Shown here: positions 30,145 to 38,757 of the stretch, in pieces | Layout of the letters: each line of letters begins with the position of its first letter | How positions within the stretch are numbered: the first letter of the stretch is position 1 | Virus record (IMG/VR): IMGVR_UViG_2724679462_000001 | Source: an uncultured virus (IMG/VR IMGVR_UViG_2724679462_000001) | Lineage: Duplodnaviria > Heunggongvirae > Uroviricota > Caudoviricetes | Reading direction: 5' to 3' (one strand) | Length of the DNA stretch: 64,000 bases | Position numbers and translations under genes: made by a program | Notes under the pieces: model-generated | What the model was told of the DNA's origin: nothing | What the model saw: the letters and a program-made list of their open reading frames with translations, nothing else | The model's database searches: none

Positions 30145-30471
30145 TTAGTTGGTGTCGAAGCCGTTGAGCGTCGACTGATCGATCAACGCTTGAATCGACG
30201 TGTCACGGAACTGGCCCGCTTCGATCACGAGCTGGTCTTCCAGCATCAGGATGTACTCGAGCAAGACGTCGATAGTCGCCTGCTCGTACAGGCTCTGGTC
30301 GTGCAGATTGCTGCGCTGCCAAGCGAGCATGTGCGTGTGAGATTCGGGGCGCTTGCCCTTGACGATCTTCGCGTTACCCAATGCACGCGCGTACGCGATC
30401 GGGTCAATCTTGAGCTTTTGCAGCAGTTCAGCCTTGCTGATCTTCGCGGGGAGCTTGGTGGATTCGGACAT
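30145..30471 (-). CDS. Hypothetical phage protein
   Basis: 108 aa; GAGGA RBS; ends IQALIDQSTLNGFDTN. Confidence 0.7.
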   Translation of the reverse strand: MSESTKLPAKISKAELLQKLKIDPIAYARALGNAKIVKGKRPESHTHMLAWQRSNLHDQSLYEQATIDVLLEYILMLEDQLVIEAGQFRDTSIQALIDQSTLNGFDTN

Positions 30472-30574
30472 GACAGTTCCTCAGGATGAAAGACGCACGG
30501 ATGACTACTGATGGCCGTACACAGCATGTGCACGTGTGTAAAAAAGCCCAGAACAATTCGTGGAAGCTATGTCC

Positions 30575-30610
30575 TTACAAAGTGATATAGGTCCGAATTC
30601 AATTTGAATC
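30575..30610 (-). promoter_or_regulatory. Possible early promoter variant
   Basis: Minus strand AATTCGGACCTATATCACTTTGTAA in AT-rich gap upstream of 30471. Confidence 0.4.
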
Positions 30611-30629
30611 TTTTCTCATCCGAAAGGAC

Positions 30630-30663
30630 AAAAAAAAGAGAAGCCACCCGCGAGGGTGACTTC
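30630..30663 (-). terminator. Rho-independent terminator
   Basis: GAAGCCACCC-GCGA-GGGTGACTTC with long A-run. Confidence 0.8.
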
Positions 30664-30676
30664 CGTTGATCGCCGA

Positions 30677-30955
30677 TTAGTGCAGCGTGTCTGTCCGATA
30701 GATCTGAGCCCGACGGCCAAGACGAACCTCGATTGCGGCCGGACGGAAGCCGAGTTGCTGGAACTGCTGGTACATGTCCGCGATGACTTCCATCGTCGGG
30801 TGCCTCAGAACGTTCGGGCGATCCACCGAATAGTGCACCACTTCGTAGCCGCCGTTGGGCTGAAGCACGGTGATGGTGCCGTGGCTTTGAGCCGGGTCCA
30901 TCGCGGGGTTGATGCCGACCTGAACTGCGTTGTCGATAAAGCCAAAATTCATCAT
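30677..30955 (-). CDS. Hypothetical phage protein
   Basis: 92 aa; AGGA upstream; followed by terminator. Confidence 0.6.
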   Translation of the reverse strand: MMNFGFIDNAVQVGINPAMDPAQSHGTITVLQPNGGYEVVHYSVDRPNVLRHPTMEVIADMYQQFQQLGFRPAAIEVRLGRRAQIYRTDTLH

Positions 30956-31024
30956 CTTCTTTCCTGAATTGGTTTAGTGTTATTGGTCATACCGGGGAGC
31001 AGAAGCTCCCCGCGCGAGAACTAC

Positions 31025-31750
31025 TTAATGGGAACTTGCTTCGCCTGCGTTGGGCGCGGCGCCATTCGTGCGGCGGAATTGAAGCTTCAGTGCGGCAGCA
31101 GCTTCTTCCGTTCCCGGGATCGTGTCAGGGACTGCCTTTTCGTACGCTTCCTGTACCTTCAGCATCAAGGTCTCGTTGTCGTACTTGAGTGCGCGACCGT
31201 TGCTCATGATCTGGTCGATCGCGATCTCAAGGGCTTCACGGTCCTGCTCACTGAGCTCCTGAACGCGCGGAGCCCACATTGCATGGAGATCGGTCAGGAA
31301 CTTCAGCGACGACTGTGGACGCTCTGATGCCTTCGTAATCGCCTGTTTGCGAACCACAGCAGGAACAGACTGAAGGCGTCGCTCGAAGGTGCTGTTCTCC
31401 GGGGTCCAGAGCGTCGGTGCCGCTGCCGGTGCTGCAGGCGACGCTCCTTGTGCTTCGGGCATCGGCTGGAGAGCCCCGTACGCCGCAAGGCGGTGCGGGA
31501 TGAATCCCTGCGACTTGGCCGCTTCGAACAGGTCGAGCATCAAACGCAGGTCGAGGTCCGGTGCGTCCGAGAAGTTCGGGAACGAGAACGCCACAGCGCC
31601 TTCGCGGACGCCCAGCTGGCGGTGCGTCACGATCAGGTAGCCGTGGATCGTGTGGTGGTTGGCCTCCTTGTGGAACCGCACGTCAATCTCGTTCAGCTCG
31701 TTGCGTTCGAAGCGCGGCGCACGGTTCATCAAGCGATCAATGATGCTCAT
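31025..31750 (-). CDS. Hypothetical phage protein
   Basis: 241 aa; AAGGA RBS. Confidence 0.7.
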   Translation of the reverse strand: MSIIDRLMNRAPRFERNELNEIDVRFHKEANHHTIHGYLIVTHRQLGVREGAVAFSFPNFSDAPDLDLRLMLDLFEAAKSQGFIPHRLAAYGALQPMPEAQGASPAAPAAAPTLWTPENSTFERRLQSVPAVVRKQAITKASERPQSSLKFLTDLHAMWAPRVQELSEQDREALEIAIDQIMSNGRALKYDNETLMLKVQEAYEKAVPDTIPGTEEAAAALKLQFRRTNGAAPNAGEASSH

Positions 31751-31804
31751 GATTTGGTATCCTTACTTTATTGGTTAAGTGGTATTCGGAAATCGATGAT
31801 CGGC

Positions 31805-32119
31805 TTACTGCCAGCCGGGGATGTGATAGGAGACGAGGTGGTCGAGCTTGTAGCCGAGATAGGCGAGCTGTTTGCGAATGATCTGCGTGACTTGCCCGTC
31901 GAGGATGCTCAAGAACTCCGGGCGGTTCACCTTGAACTCGTACTCGACTTCACGGCCGTCCGTGATCGAACGAAGAAACACCATGCCGTGAGAGGCATAG
32001 ATCGAGTTGGGTTCGAGCAAGGTGATTGCGAGCGCGGGTTGTTTGTTGCGGTTGATGCGTTGCTTCAGGCGGGACATAAAGCGGCGCGCCATCGTGATAG
32101 GCAGATGGTCACGCAGCAT
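31805..32119 (-). CDS. Hypothetical phage protein
   Basis: Likely start MLRDHL overlapping the upstream small ORF. Confidence 0.55.
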   Translation of the reverse strand: MLRDHLPITMARRFMSRLKQRINRNKQPALAITLLEPNSIYASHGMVFLRSITDGREVEYEFKVNRPEFLSILDGQVTQIIRKQLAYLGYKLDHLVSYHIPGWQ

Positions 32120-32210
32120 TCTTGTTGGCTTCCGCGGTGCATTCATGAATCTTGTCGCAGACGATGATGCCGACGACGATGCCGGTGGCGAAAATGAGAA
32201 TCGACTTCAT
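32109..32210 (-). CDS. 33-aa hydrophobic peptide (not in ORF track)
   Basis: MKSILIFATGIVVGIIVCDKIHECTAEANKNAA. Confidence 0.5.
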   Translation of the reverse strand: MKSILIFATGIVVGIIVCDKIHECTAEANKNAA

Positions 32211-32304
32211 GGTTGGTCCATACCTTCAAGGGAAGTGGTAAAAAAAGGATTCAGCGCAAGGGCGCATAGGCGCGGGTTTCCCCGCACCGCTATGCCGTCA
32301 GCGC

Positions 32305-32562
32305 TTAGTTCTTCGCTTCGTCCGTCTTCACTTCATCCTTCTTCGCTTCCGGGTTCTTCTCATCCGTTTCGCGGTTCATCATGTAATCCACCCCGCGGTA
32401 GATGCCATAACCCACCGCCCCAGCGACAGCGACGCCAGCGGCGGCGAGGGCCACCTTGGCCACCGTCATTTGGGTCTCAGTCGGTTCCTGAGACGATTGC
32501 GTCTCTGCGTTCTCTGCGGTTTCTTGAGCTGCGTCGAATGCCATCTTCAGAAAGTTCATCAT
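32305..32562 (-). CDS. Small single-pass membrane protein
   Basis: Central VALAAAGVAVAGAVGYGIY helix with acidic flanks. Confidence 0.7.
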   Translation of the reverse strand: MMNFLKMAFDAAQETAENAETQSSQEPTETQMTVAKVALAAAGVAVAGAVGYGIYRGVDYMMNRETDEKNPEAKKDEVKTDEAKN

Positions 32563-32619
32563 GGTGTTGTTTTCTAGTTGGTTAATTGAGAAAGAATCAA
32601 TTCCTTTACTGGTCTTGAT

Positions 32620-32652
32620 TCACGCCAGGAATATATGTTTGAGTTTTTTTAG
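32620..32652 (-). promoter_or_regulatory. Putative early (virion RNAP) promoter
   Basis: Minus strand CTAAAAAAACTCAAACATATATTCCTGGCGTGA; ungapped match to 1152..1184. Confidence 0.7.
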
Positions 32653-32665
32653 AATCCCAATAGAC

Positions 32666-32702
32666 GGCATAAAAGCCAGTGCCGAGGCACTGGCTATATG
32701 TC
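32666..32702. terminator. CATA...TATG-closed hairpin
   Basis: GGCATAAAAGCCAGTGC-CGAG-GCACTGGCTATATGTC. Confidence 0.75.
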
Positions 32703-32712
32703 GGTTGGCAAC

Positions 32713-33198
32713 TCAGGACCAGTTGAGTGTGACGGTCACCGGACCTTGGAGATAGAGAAGGGAGTTGATTGAGTCAATCTGGACGGTTGCGGGTTCACCA
32801 TTCAACAGTGTGAGCAACAGGATTTCTTCTGCCACCAGACGGAAGCGGGCAGCGATTGCATCGACCAGCTCATTCGAGGTTAGTGGTCCATGGAGAACCA
32901 CTGTCGGATTCGCCGGAAGGGTTTCTGCCAGCGTCTTGCGCTGATAGATGATCGTCTGGTTGATCCCGTCATTTGAGACATCGTCGACATCGGGACGGAG
33001 ATAAACGATGACCTGCGTGTTGCTGTTTGGCCCATCGACGTTCAGGCCCGGTCCGGTGAATTCGTTTAGGGTTGACCGGTTGAAGGGAACCGGCTCGGCG
33101 CAGGCCCGTAGCTCGGGTATGGTTGGCTGGCCCAGTGCGGGATTGGTCACAAGCTCGAAGATGTTCTCTTCTGCGGTGAGGGAGGGATCGATGTGCAT
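32713..33198 (-). CDS. Putative virion structural protein, paralog family member
   Basis: NTQVIV...YQRKTLA...SLLYL pattern shared with 33293, 35635, 36107 proteins. Confidence 0.65.
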   Translation of the reverse strand: MHIDPSLTAEENIFELVTNPALGQPTIPELRACAEPVPFNRSTLNEFTGPGLNVDGPNSNTQVIVYLRPDVDDVSNDGINQTIIYQRKTLAETLPANPTVVLHGPLTSNELVDAIAARFRLVAEEILLLTLLNGEPATVQIDSINSLLYLQGPVTVTLNWS

Positions 33199-33211
33199 GA
33201 TGTTTCTGGCG

Positions 33212-33255
33212 GGCATAAAAAAGAACCCGGGGGTATCCCTCCGGGTTCTTTTTCA
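33212..33255. terminator. Bidirectional terminator
   Basis: AAAAAGAACCCGG...CCGGGTTCTTTTT. Confidence 0.8.
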
Positions 33256-33292
33256 TTTACTTCAGGGCTAACTTGCGCGCTCGGCGCAGAGG

Positions 33293-33973
33293 TTAGTTGG
33301 TAGCAGCGACGTTCGGTTCGGTCGACGACGGAGCAGCGTCAGCCGGTGCGTCAGCAGCCGGAACTGCATCGGTCGACGCATCCGCTTGTGCGGGTGCGGC
33401 CTGTGCAGCAACGTCAGCTCCTTCGAAGCCACCGAGCGCGCTGTTGTCGACGAGCGAGGAGATCGACGGCGTCACGGGTGCAACCGGTGCCGGATCCACT
33501 GCGGGCTCCGGGGCCGGTGCCGGTGCCGGGGCCGGCCACGTCAGCGCGACGACGATCGTGCTCGGTGCATAAACCACCGACGACGAAGCGGCGACGACCG
33601 TCACCGAGGATGCAGCGCCGGCGACAACTGCGTCGCCGTCGATGAGCGACAGTTCGCTTGCGAGCAGGCCGTACGAAGCAGCCACGCCAGCGACCAGATC
33701 AGCAGCTTGCGCATCCGCAGCCGGTGCGAGCGAGAAGGTCGAGACGCCAGCAGCGTCAGCGAGGGCGACGCGCTTGTAGGTGAAGACTTGCGTGTCGGCG
33801 TAGCCGCCAGCTGCAACGACGACCGAGCTGTTGACGCCGTCGGCACCAGCGTCAATGGCTGCAACCGACTGAACCTTCAGCGCGTCTTCGGTGATGACCG
33901 AGAACTTCGGATTCGAGGCGACGATGAGTGCGAGCAGGTTGCCGACTGCACTCAAAGAGGCGGAGATACGCAT
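33293..33973 (-). CDS. Putative virion structural protein with Pro/Ala linker and acidic tail
   Basis: NSSVVV...YKRVALA...SVVY; PAPAPAP linker; ISSLVDNSALGGFEG. Confidence 0.7.
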   Translation of the reverse strand: MRISASLSAVGNLLALIVASNPKFSVITEDALKVQSVAAIDAGADGVNSSVVVAAGGYADTQVFTYKRVALADAAGVSTFSLAPAADAQAADLVAGVAASYGLLASELSLIDGDAVVAGAASSVTVVAASSSVVYAPSTIVVALTWPAPAPAPAPEPAVDPAPVAPVTPSISSLVDNSALGGFEGADVAAQAAPAQADASTDAVPAADAPADAAPSSTEPNVAATN

Positions 33974-34368
33974 GGGTGATCCTTGTGGAGCGAGATGGTA
34001 AGAGGTGTACCGGGGCGATACGCTTGAGCAGAGGCTAACGCGCGCTCATAGAATGCTGACGCACCACTTTTTACTGCGACTGTTGTAACGGCTCGTTGAA
34101 ATGGACAAGTTCCGTTAGCCAACAGGAGGACAGCGCAGCTCGTTGGCGAAGAAGTTTCCGAGCAGACGTCACCGCAATGGTCTATAAAAATATATCTGCC
34201 GTGTGAGCTTCACTACTTGTCGTCGCTTTCACGGAGAAGCGCGTTTCCACTCCAGGCTTTCTGCTCCTATCAGCACCTCTCCTGATCGTGACGGTCTCGC
34301 GCGTTTTGAATCCCTCCGGTCGGATTCTTTTGCGACCACGCGACAAGAGCAACAAAAGGAGCACCGTG

Positions 34369-35613
34369 ATGAAAAGCCCGCAAAGCTGGTTCATGCTCGC
34401 TCACATCTTCCCGTCCGGATCTCGAAGCGCAGCACATCGCCTCGCTTGTCGGCGACTCCTCCGGAGTTGTCTGTGGCTACTCGGTGTCTTCGCGCTGGCT
34501 GGGGGACTTGCCCAGGCCGCGGTGATCAAAGAGGGCGACATTCTGGTCACCGACCCGAATGTCGACGCGCTGATTAAGGTGGACCCCGAGACTGGCGCAC
34601 GCACTGTGGTCAGCGATTTCGGCGACCCTTCGCAGGGACCCGGAAACGGAGGATTTCCTTTCGGCGCCCTCGGGGGCATTGCCGTCACGGGAGGGCAAAT
34701 ATTCGTCACCGATTTCTTCGTTGGCATCTTCGCCGTCGACCCCCGCACCGGAAAGCGAACTCTGGTGACCGACATCACTAAGGGTGCAATTCACGGATTT
34801 CTCTGGTATGGCATGGGCGCAGAGGTCGGCGGGAGCGTCGTAGTACCCCTCGCGACGACTTCGCTGCCGACCTATGTAGTTCGCGTCGACACGCGCTCCG
34901 ACCATCGCGTCCTCGTCACGGATTTCTCAAATTTGACACAGGGAGCTGCGATAACCTGTTGCTATATTCAGGATCTCACGGTGGGGCCCCTCGGCGGGAT
35001 CTTCGTCGCCACGGAAAACAACGCAGGTGGGGCATCAGGGATCTATCGGATCAACCCGATAACAGGGAAAAGAACGCTTGTGAGCGATTTCACCAACGGG
35101 GCTCAGGGTACCGACGTTGCTGACTTCCAGTTCGGAACCGGCATTGCCATTGAGAGCTCCGGCCAAATTCTGGTTAATTCGACTCCGAATTTTGGCACAG
35201 TCACTAGGACTCTACTTTTTCGGATTAACCCGATAACAGGTAAGCGTACCGTGCTCAGCGATTTTGATGACGCCAAGCAAGGACCGCTGGGGTTCGGCCT
35301 TAACGGCCTCGCCGTGGAGAAGTCCGGAAGGCTAGTCGTCGGTACCGGCAACGCAACGATTCAGGAGCTAGCGGGAACGTTAGTCTTCCGGGTGAACCAG
35401 TTGACTGGACAGCGGTCTCTGCTGAGTGATGGAAAAAATCGAACGCAAGGGGTACTGCTCAAAGGGATTGCTAACATTGCGGTTGTACCGGGAGATCACG
35501 ACGATCACGATGGTCACAGCAATCATGACGATCAAGGTCATCGCGATGGCCCGGGATCCAATTCAAAGCCGACCGGGGATTCACTCGTAAGTCCATTTGG
35601 CGTGGTCAAGTGA
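34369..35613 (+). CDS. Secreted beta-propeller-like repeat protein with His/Asp-rich tail
   Basis: AAGGAG RBS; LWLLGVFALAGGLAQA-A signal; about six copies of xx(V/I)(D/N)PxTGxRTxxSDF; GDHDDHDGHSNHDD tail. Confidence 0.75.
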   Translation: MKSPQSWFMLAHIFPSGSRSAAHRLACRRLLRSCLWLLGVFALAGGLAQAAVIKEGDILVTDPNVDALIKVDPETGARTVVSDFGDPSQGPGNGGFPFGALGGIAVTGGQIFVTDFFVGIFAVDPRTGKRTLVTDITKGAIHGFLWYGMGAEVGGSVVVPLATTSLPTYVVRVDTRSDHRVLVTDFSNLTQGAAITCCYIQDLTVGPLGGIFVATENNAGGASGIYRINPITGKRTLVSDFTNGAQGTDVADFQFGTGIAIESSGQILVNSTPNFGTVTRTLLFRINPITGKRTVLSDFDDAKQGPLGFGLNGLAVEKSGRLVVGTGNATIQELAGTLVFRVNQLTGQRSLLSDGKNRTQGVLLKGIANIAVVPGDHDDHDGHSNHDDQGHRDGPGSNSKPTGDSLVSPFGVVK

Positions 35614-35634
35614 TCTGTTGAGTCATGCCACACC

Positions 35635-36102
35635 TCAATTCGCCATTGACAGCGCGACAGAGCCTCGCCAAAGCAAGGAGTCCGGTGCCATAGTGAGCGT
35701 GAACGGTACAGCTTGATCGGCGACAGGAATCGGCAGATCGCCGTCGACGATGTCCGCTTGCGTGAGATTCAACGAGAGCCGCTGGTTGATCATTCCGACG
35801 ATGTCCGAGACGGTGAGTGCCTGACTGCGAGAGAAGAGTGTCGACCGTGTGCCGGGCACTGTGCTGATGTCGATCCGGTCGTAGCGGAAGTACTCCTGTC
35901 CCTCGAAGCTCGCGCCCTGAAGCGCTGCCACAAAGACGAGCGTGTTCTTGCCACTCGGGTCATCATCCGGCAGCTCAGCGACCTGACCGAATCGAATCTG
36001 ATCGCCGGTCACTGTCGTACCGTTGTCAAAGTTGATCTGGGCGAGCATCACGCTCGCCGCTGGCTGGGTGAAGTCCAGCACGAGGGAGGGCGTGCTCATC
36101 AT
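35635..36102 (-). CDS. Putative virion structural protein, paralog family member
   Basis: LDFT...QINFDN...NTLV...YDRIDI...SLLWRGS. Confidence 0.7.
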   Translation of the reverse strand: MMSTPSLVLDFTQPAASVMLAQINFDNGTTVTGDQIRFGQVAELPDDDPSGKNTLVFVAALQGASFEGQEYFRYDRIDISTVPGTRSTLFSRSQALTVSDIVGMINQRLSLNLTQADIVDGDLPIPVADQAVPFTLTMAPDSLLWRGSVALSMAN

Positions 36103-36106
36103 TTAC

Positions 36107-36664
36107 CTACGCGTGAACTAGGCCAGTCGATGCAACGGCGATCGTCGCTGCCAGATCCTTCGCCGTGGTTGTCAGGGTGAGAATTGCGCTGCCGGTATAG
36201 ACCAGCGACGCCGGGTCGGCGGTCAGCACGAAATTGATGCTCGGCTTTTTCGCTGTCGGCTGCGGCAAGGTGATGTCGATGAAGTCACCCGCTACGGCAC
36301 GAGCCCCATTGGACGGATCGGCGACAATCGGACTCACGAGCTTGATGCCAAGCGCGGTATTGATCTGGTCGATCAGATCGCTCAGTGTTACTGCACTTCC
36401 CACCGCATACGTGCTGTTGCTCACGTTGAAAAGCGATGCGAGATCGATACGGTTATACGGATACGTCATCGGGCCAGTGAAACCCTGACCCAGCACCGGC
36501 GTGATTTCGACGACCGTGTTGTACGAGGCCTTGGTTGTCGGATCGATGTTTTTCCACGGCGCACTGAAACTCACCATCGCGGTCGTCATGGCTGCGGCAG
36601 GATTGTCCGCATTGATCTGATCGACCAAAACTTCCGGGCCGGCTTTCGTGAAATCCAAAGACAT
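36107..36664 (-). CDS. Putative virion structural protein, paralog family member
   Basis: LDFT...QINADN...NTVV...YNRIDL...SLVYTGS; AGGAG RBS. Confidence 0.7.
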   Translation of the reverse strand: MSLDFTKAGPEVLVDQINADNPAAAMTTAMVSFSAPWKNIDPTTKASYNTVVEITPVLGQGFTGPMTYPYNRIDLASLFNVSNSTYAVGSAVTLSDLIDQINTALGIKLVSPIVADPSNGARAVAGDFIDITLPQPTAKKPSINFVLTADPASLVYTGSAILTLTTTAKDLAATIAVASTGLVHA

Positions 36665-36676
36665 GAAAAGCTCCTA

Positions 36677-38056
36677 TCAGGGCGTGCTGGTCGGTTGATT
36701 CGAAAGGTCCTGCGGCTGAACGAAGATGTTCAGCACGCTATTCGTTACATGGCGCGTCGCCGTCATGCCCTTACCCTGCATGTGGGTGTAGTGGTGAGCA
36801 CTGACGACAACGCCCGTGAGTGTTTTGATCTGGTCCGTATCCAGATAGAGCACCTGGCACGGCAGTCCGGGCGTGATCAAATCCGGGTTCGAGTTCTGCC
36901 ATTCCAGCGAGATCGTCGAACCCATCGCGCGCGACAGATGCGAATACTGCTCGAGCGAGTTGGACGTGATGGGTTGCGGTGCAAGTTGAACGTTGTTGTT
37001 GCCGTTCGGACGCTTGGTCGCGATGAACTCGTTGGCGTTCCCACCGCGCGAGGCGAGTGCGGTGTTCATCAGCAGCTTGACGAAGCCACCCATGAACTTG
37101 GACGCATCGGTGAAGCGAATGCCGTTGCCGTGGTTCAACTGTTGATGGTTGCTCGGATCACGGAACTTCGCGTGACCTGTCGCCAGTACCACCAAGTTCC
37201 CGGCCGACTGACGGTAGGTCCGCTCGATGTGGGGGAACTTGTTCTTCGGAATGTTGATCAACGTGAGCGTAGAGGGTTCGCTATAGAAGCGCGTCGTGTC
37301 GAGCGCAGGGTAGACGTACCACTGATTCCCCTGAACGTAGTAGCCCATCGACGAGTTGTACACGCCCCCACAATGCTTCTGGATATACTGCGGCACGTCC
37401 ATCAGTCGAGTACCGTGCGGAATCACGATGTGTTCGCGCGGCTTGGGGTTGGCTGACTTGACCATCGTCACGCCCTGGACCTGTCGCTGGCCGTTGACCT
37501 TCGTCTGCTGTGACGCCCACGTGAGGATGGTCTTGATCGCGTCGTCCACCGTCGTGTTGCGGAAGATCTGACCGACCGACATCATCCGCATCTGCTCCAC
37601 GCCCTTGTTCACACACTGGAAGTGAACCGTCGCAATGTCGGTCAGGTCCAGGTTCATCCGGCTTGGCGAGTTGAATCCATTCTGCTCGAGCAGCGGCGAA
37701 CCTTTGTCAATGAGCGTCCCGGTGAAGAGTTCCGACTTGATGACGCTTTGCTGGTCCGTGGTGTCGCCCATTTCCTTCAAAGGCGTGTAGGTCAACATCA
37801 CGTCGATGGCGTTCTTGTAGGGATACACTTCATGCGCATACACACCCATCGGAATCTGCATCTCGACGATGAGCTCGTCCGAGTAGGAGTCCAGGTAGTT
37901 GCGCACCAAATCGATGCTCGTGACCTTCAGCGGCTGGACGTACATGCCCGTGGTCAAGACGAGCAGATCCGCCCGCACTGTGAAGTGCACCGGCTTTGCC
38001 CCGTCATTGACGACCTGCTCGACCTCCATCATCAGGGCCGATTGTTCGAGTTCCAT
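36677..38056 (-). CDS. Virion structural protein, tail/baseplate hub candidate (phiKZ gp101 position)
   Basis: 459 aa; assigned from recalled synteny, not a search. Confidence 0.55.
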   Translation of the reverse strand: MELEQSALMMEVEQVVNDGAKPVHFTVRADLLVLTTGMYVQPLKVTSIDLVRNYLDSYSDELIVEMQIPMGVYAHEVYPYKNAIDVMLTYTPLKEMGDTTDQQSVIKSELFTGTLIDKGSPLLEQNGFNSPSRMNLDLTDIATVHFQCVNKGVEQMRMMSVGQIFRNTTVDDAIKTILTWASQQTKVNGQRQVQGVTMVKSANPKPREHIVIPHGTRLMDVPQYIQKHCGGVYNSSMGYYVQGNQWYVYPALDTTRFYSEPSTLTLINIPKNKFPHIERTYRQSAGNLVVLATGHAKFRDPSNHQQLNHGNGIRFTDASKFMGGFVKLLMNTALASRGGNANEFIATKRPNGNNNVQLAPQPITSNSLEQYSHLSRAMGSTISLEWQNSNPDLITPGLPCQVLYLDTDQIKTLTGVVVSAHHYTHMQGKGMTATRHVTNSVLNIFVQPQDLSNQPTSTP

Positions 38057-38065
38057 GGGACCCTC

Positions 38066-38734
38066 TTATTTCCAGCGAATATTTGCAGGTCCGTTGAGCC
38101 GACCCCGTGTGAAGGCGTCGGCCATGCTGACGCGCTCGGGATATGTCTTCCCTTCCGGCTCTTGCGAGACTTCCGCATTGATGGTGGTGACTTGGGGCGC
38201 CACCGGCTTGAGGAGCTGACCGCGCGGCACCCGCATCGCGCCCGAGAGCTTCCGGTGCAGGATCGACTCCACGTAATCCTCCGGGAATTGATACTTGGCG
38301 TGGCGATAGACGGTGTTCGCGAACTTGTCGAGCTTCACGAGTTCGTCGATCGGTGCATTGCGGATGTTCAGGTCGTACTCCAGCTTGTTCTTCCACACAT
38401 TCAGGTGATCCGTGATCAATTCATAGATCGTCTTGGTGTCTTTCTGATCGACCACCCCAATGGTCACACCCGCTTCCCAATACTCCACCATCTGCGCAAT
38501 CGTCAACGCGCGGTCCACGCGCTCGTTCTGCATCTGCTTGTCGAAATCCGGATCTCCCGAGGTCGGTGTGCCGTACTCGCGCATCGCCTCGATCGACACC
38601 GTTTGAATCGCTTGCACCCGACAAAGAAAGAGCTTGTGAAAGAGGTACCAGGCCGGATCGCGTTGCTCGGGCGGCAACCACGTAGTGGCCGTGGGTCTTT
38701 GCACCGGCGTGGCGCGCGGCACTCGCTGTTTCAT
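38066..38734 (-). CDS. Conserved jumbo-phage protein (phiKZ gp100 position)
   Basis: 222 aa; AAGGAG RBS; synteny. Confidence 0.55.
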   Translation of the reverse strand: MKQRVPRATPVQRPTATTWLPPEQRDPAWYLFHKLFLCRVQAIQTVSIEAMREYGTPTSGDPDFDKQMQNERVDRALTIAQMVEYWEAGVTIGVVDQKDTKTIYELITDHLNVWKNKLEYDLNIRNAPIDELVKLDKFANTVYRHAKYQFPEDYVESILHRKLSGAMRVPRGQLLKPVAPQVTTINAEVSQEPEGKTYPERVSMADAFTRGRLNGPANIRWK

Positions 38735-38757
38735 GTCGGAACTCCTTGTTCAGATTG

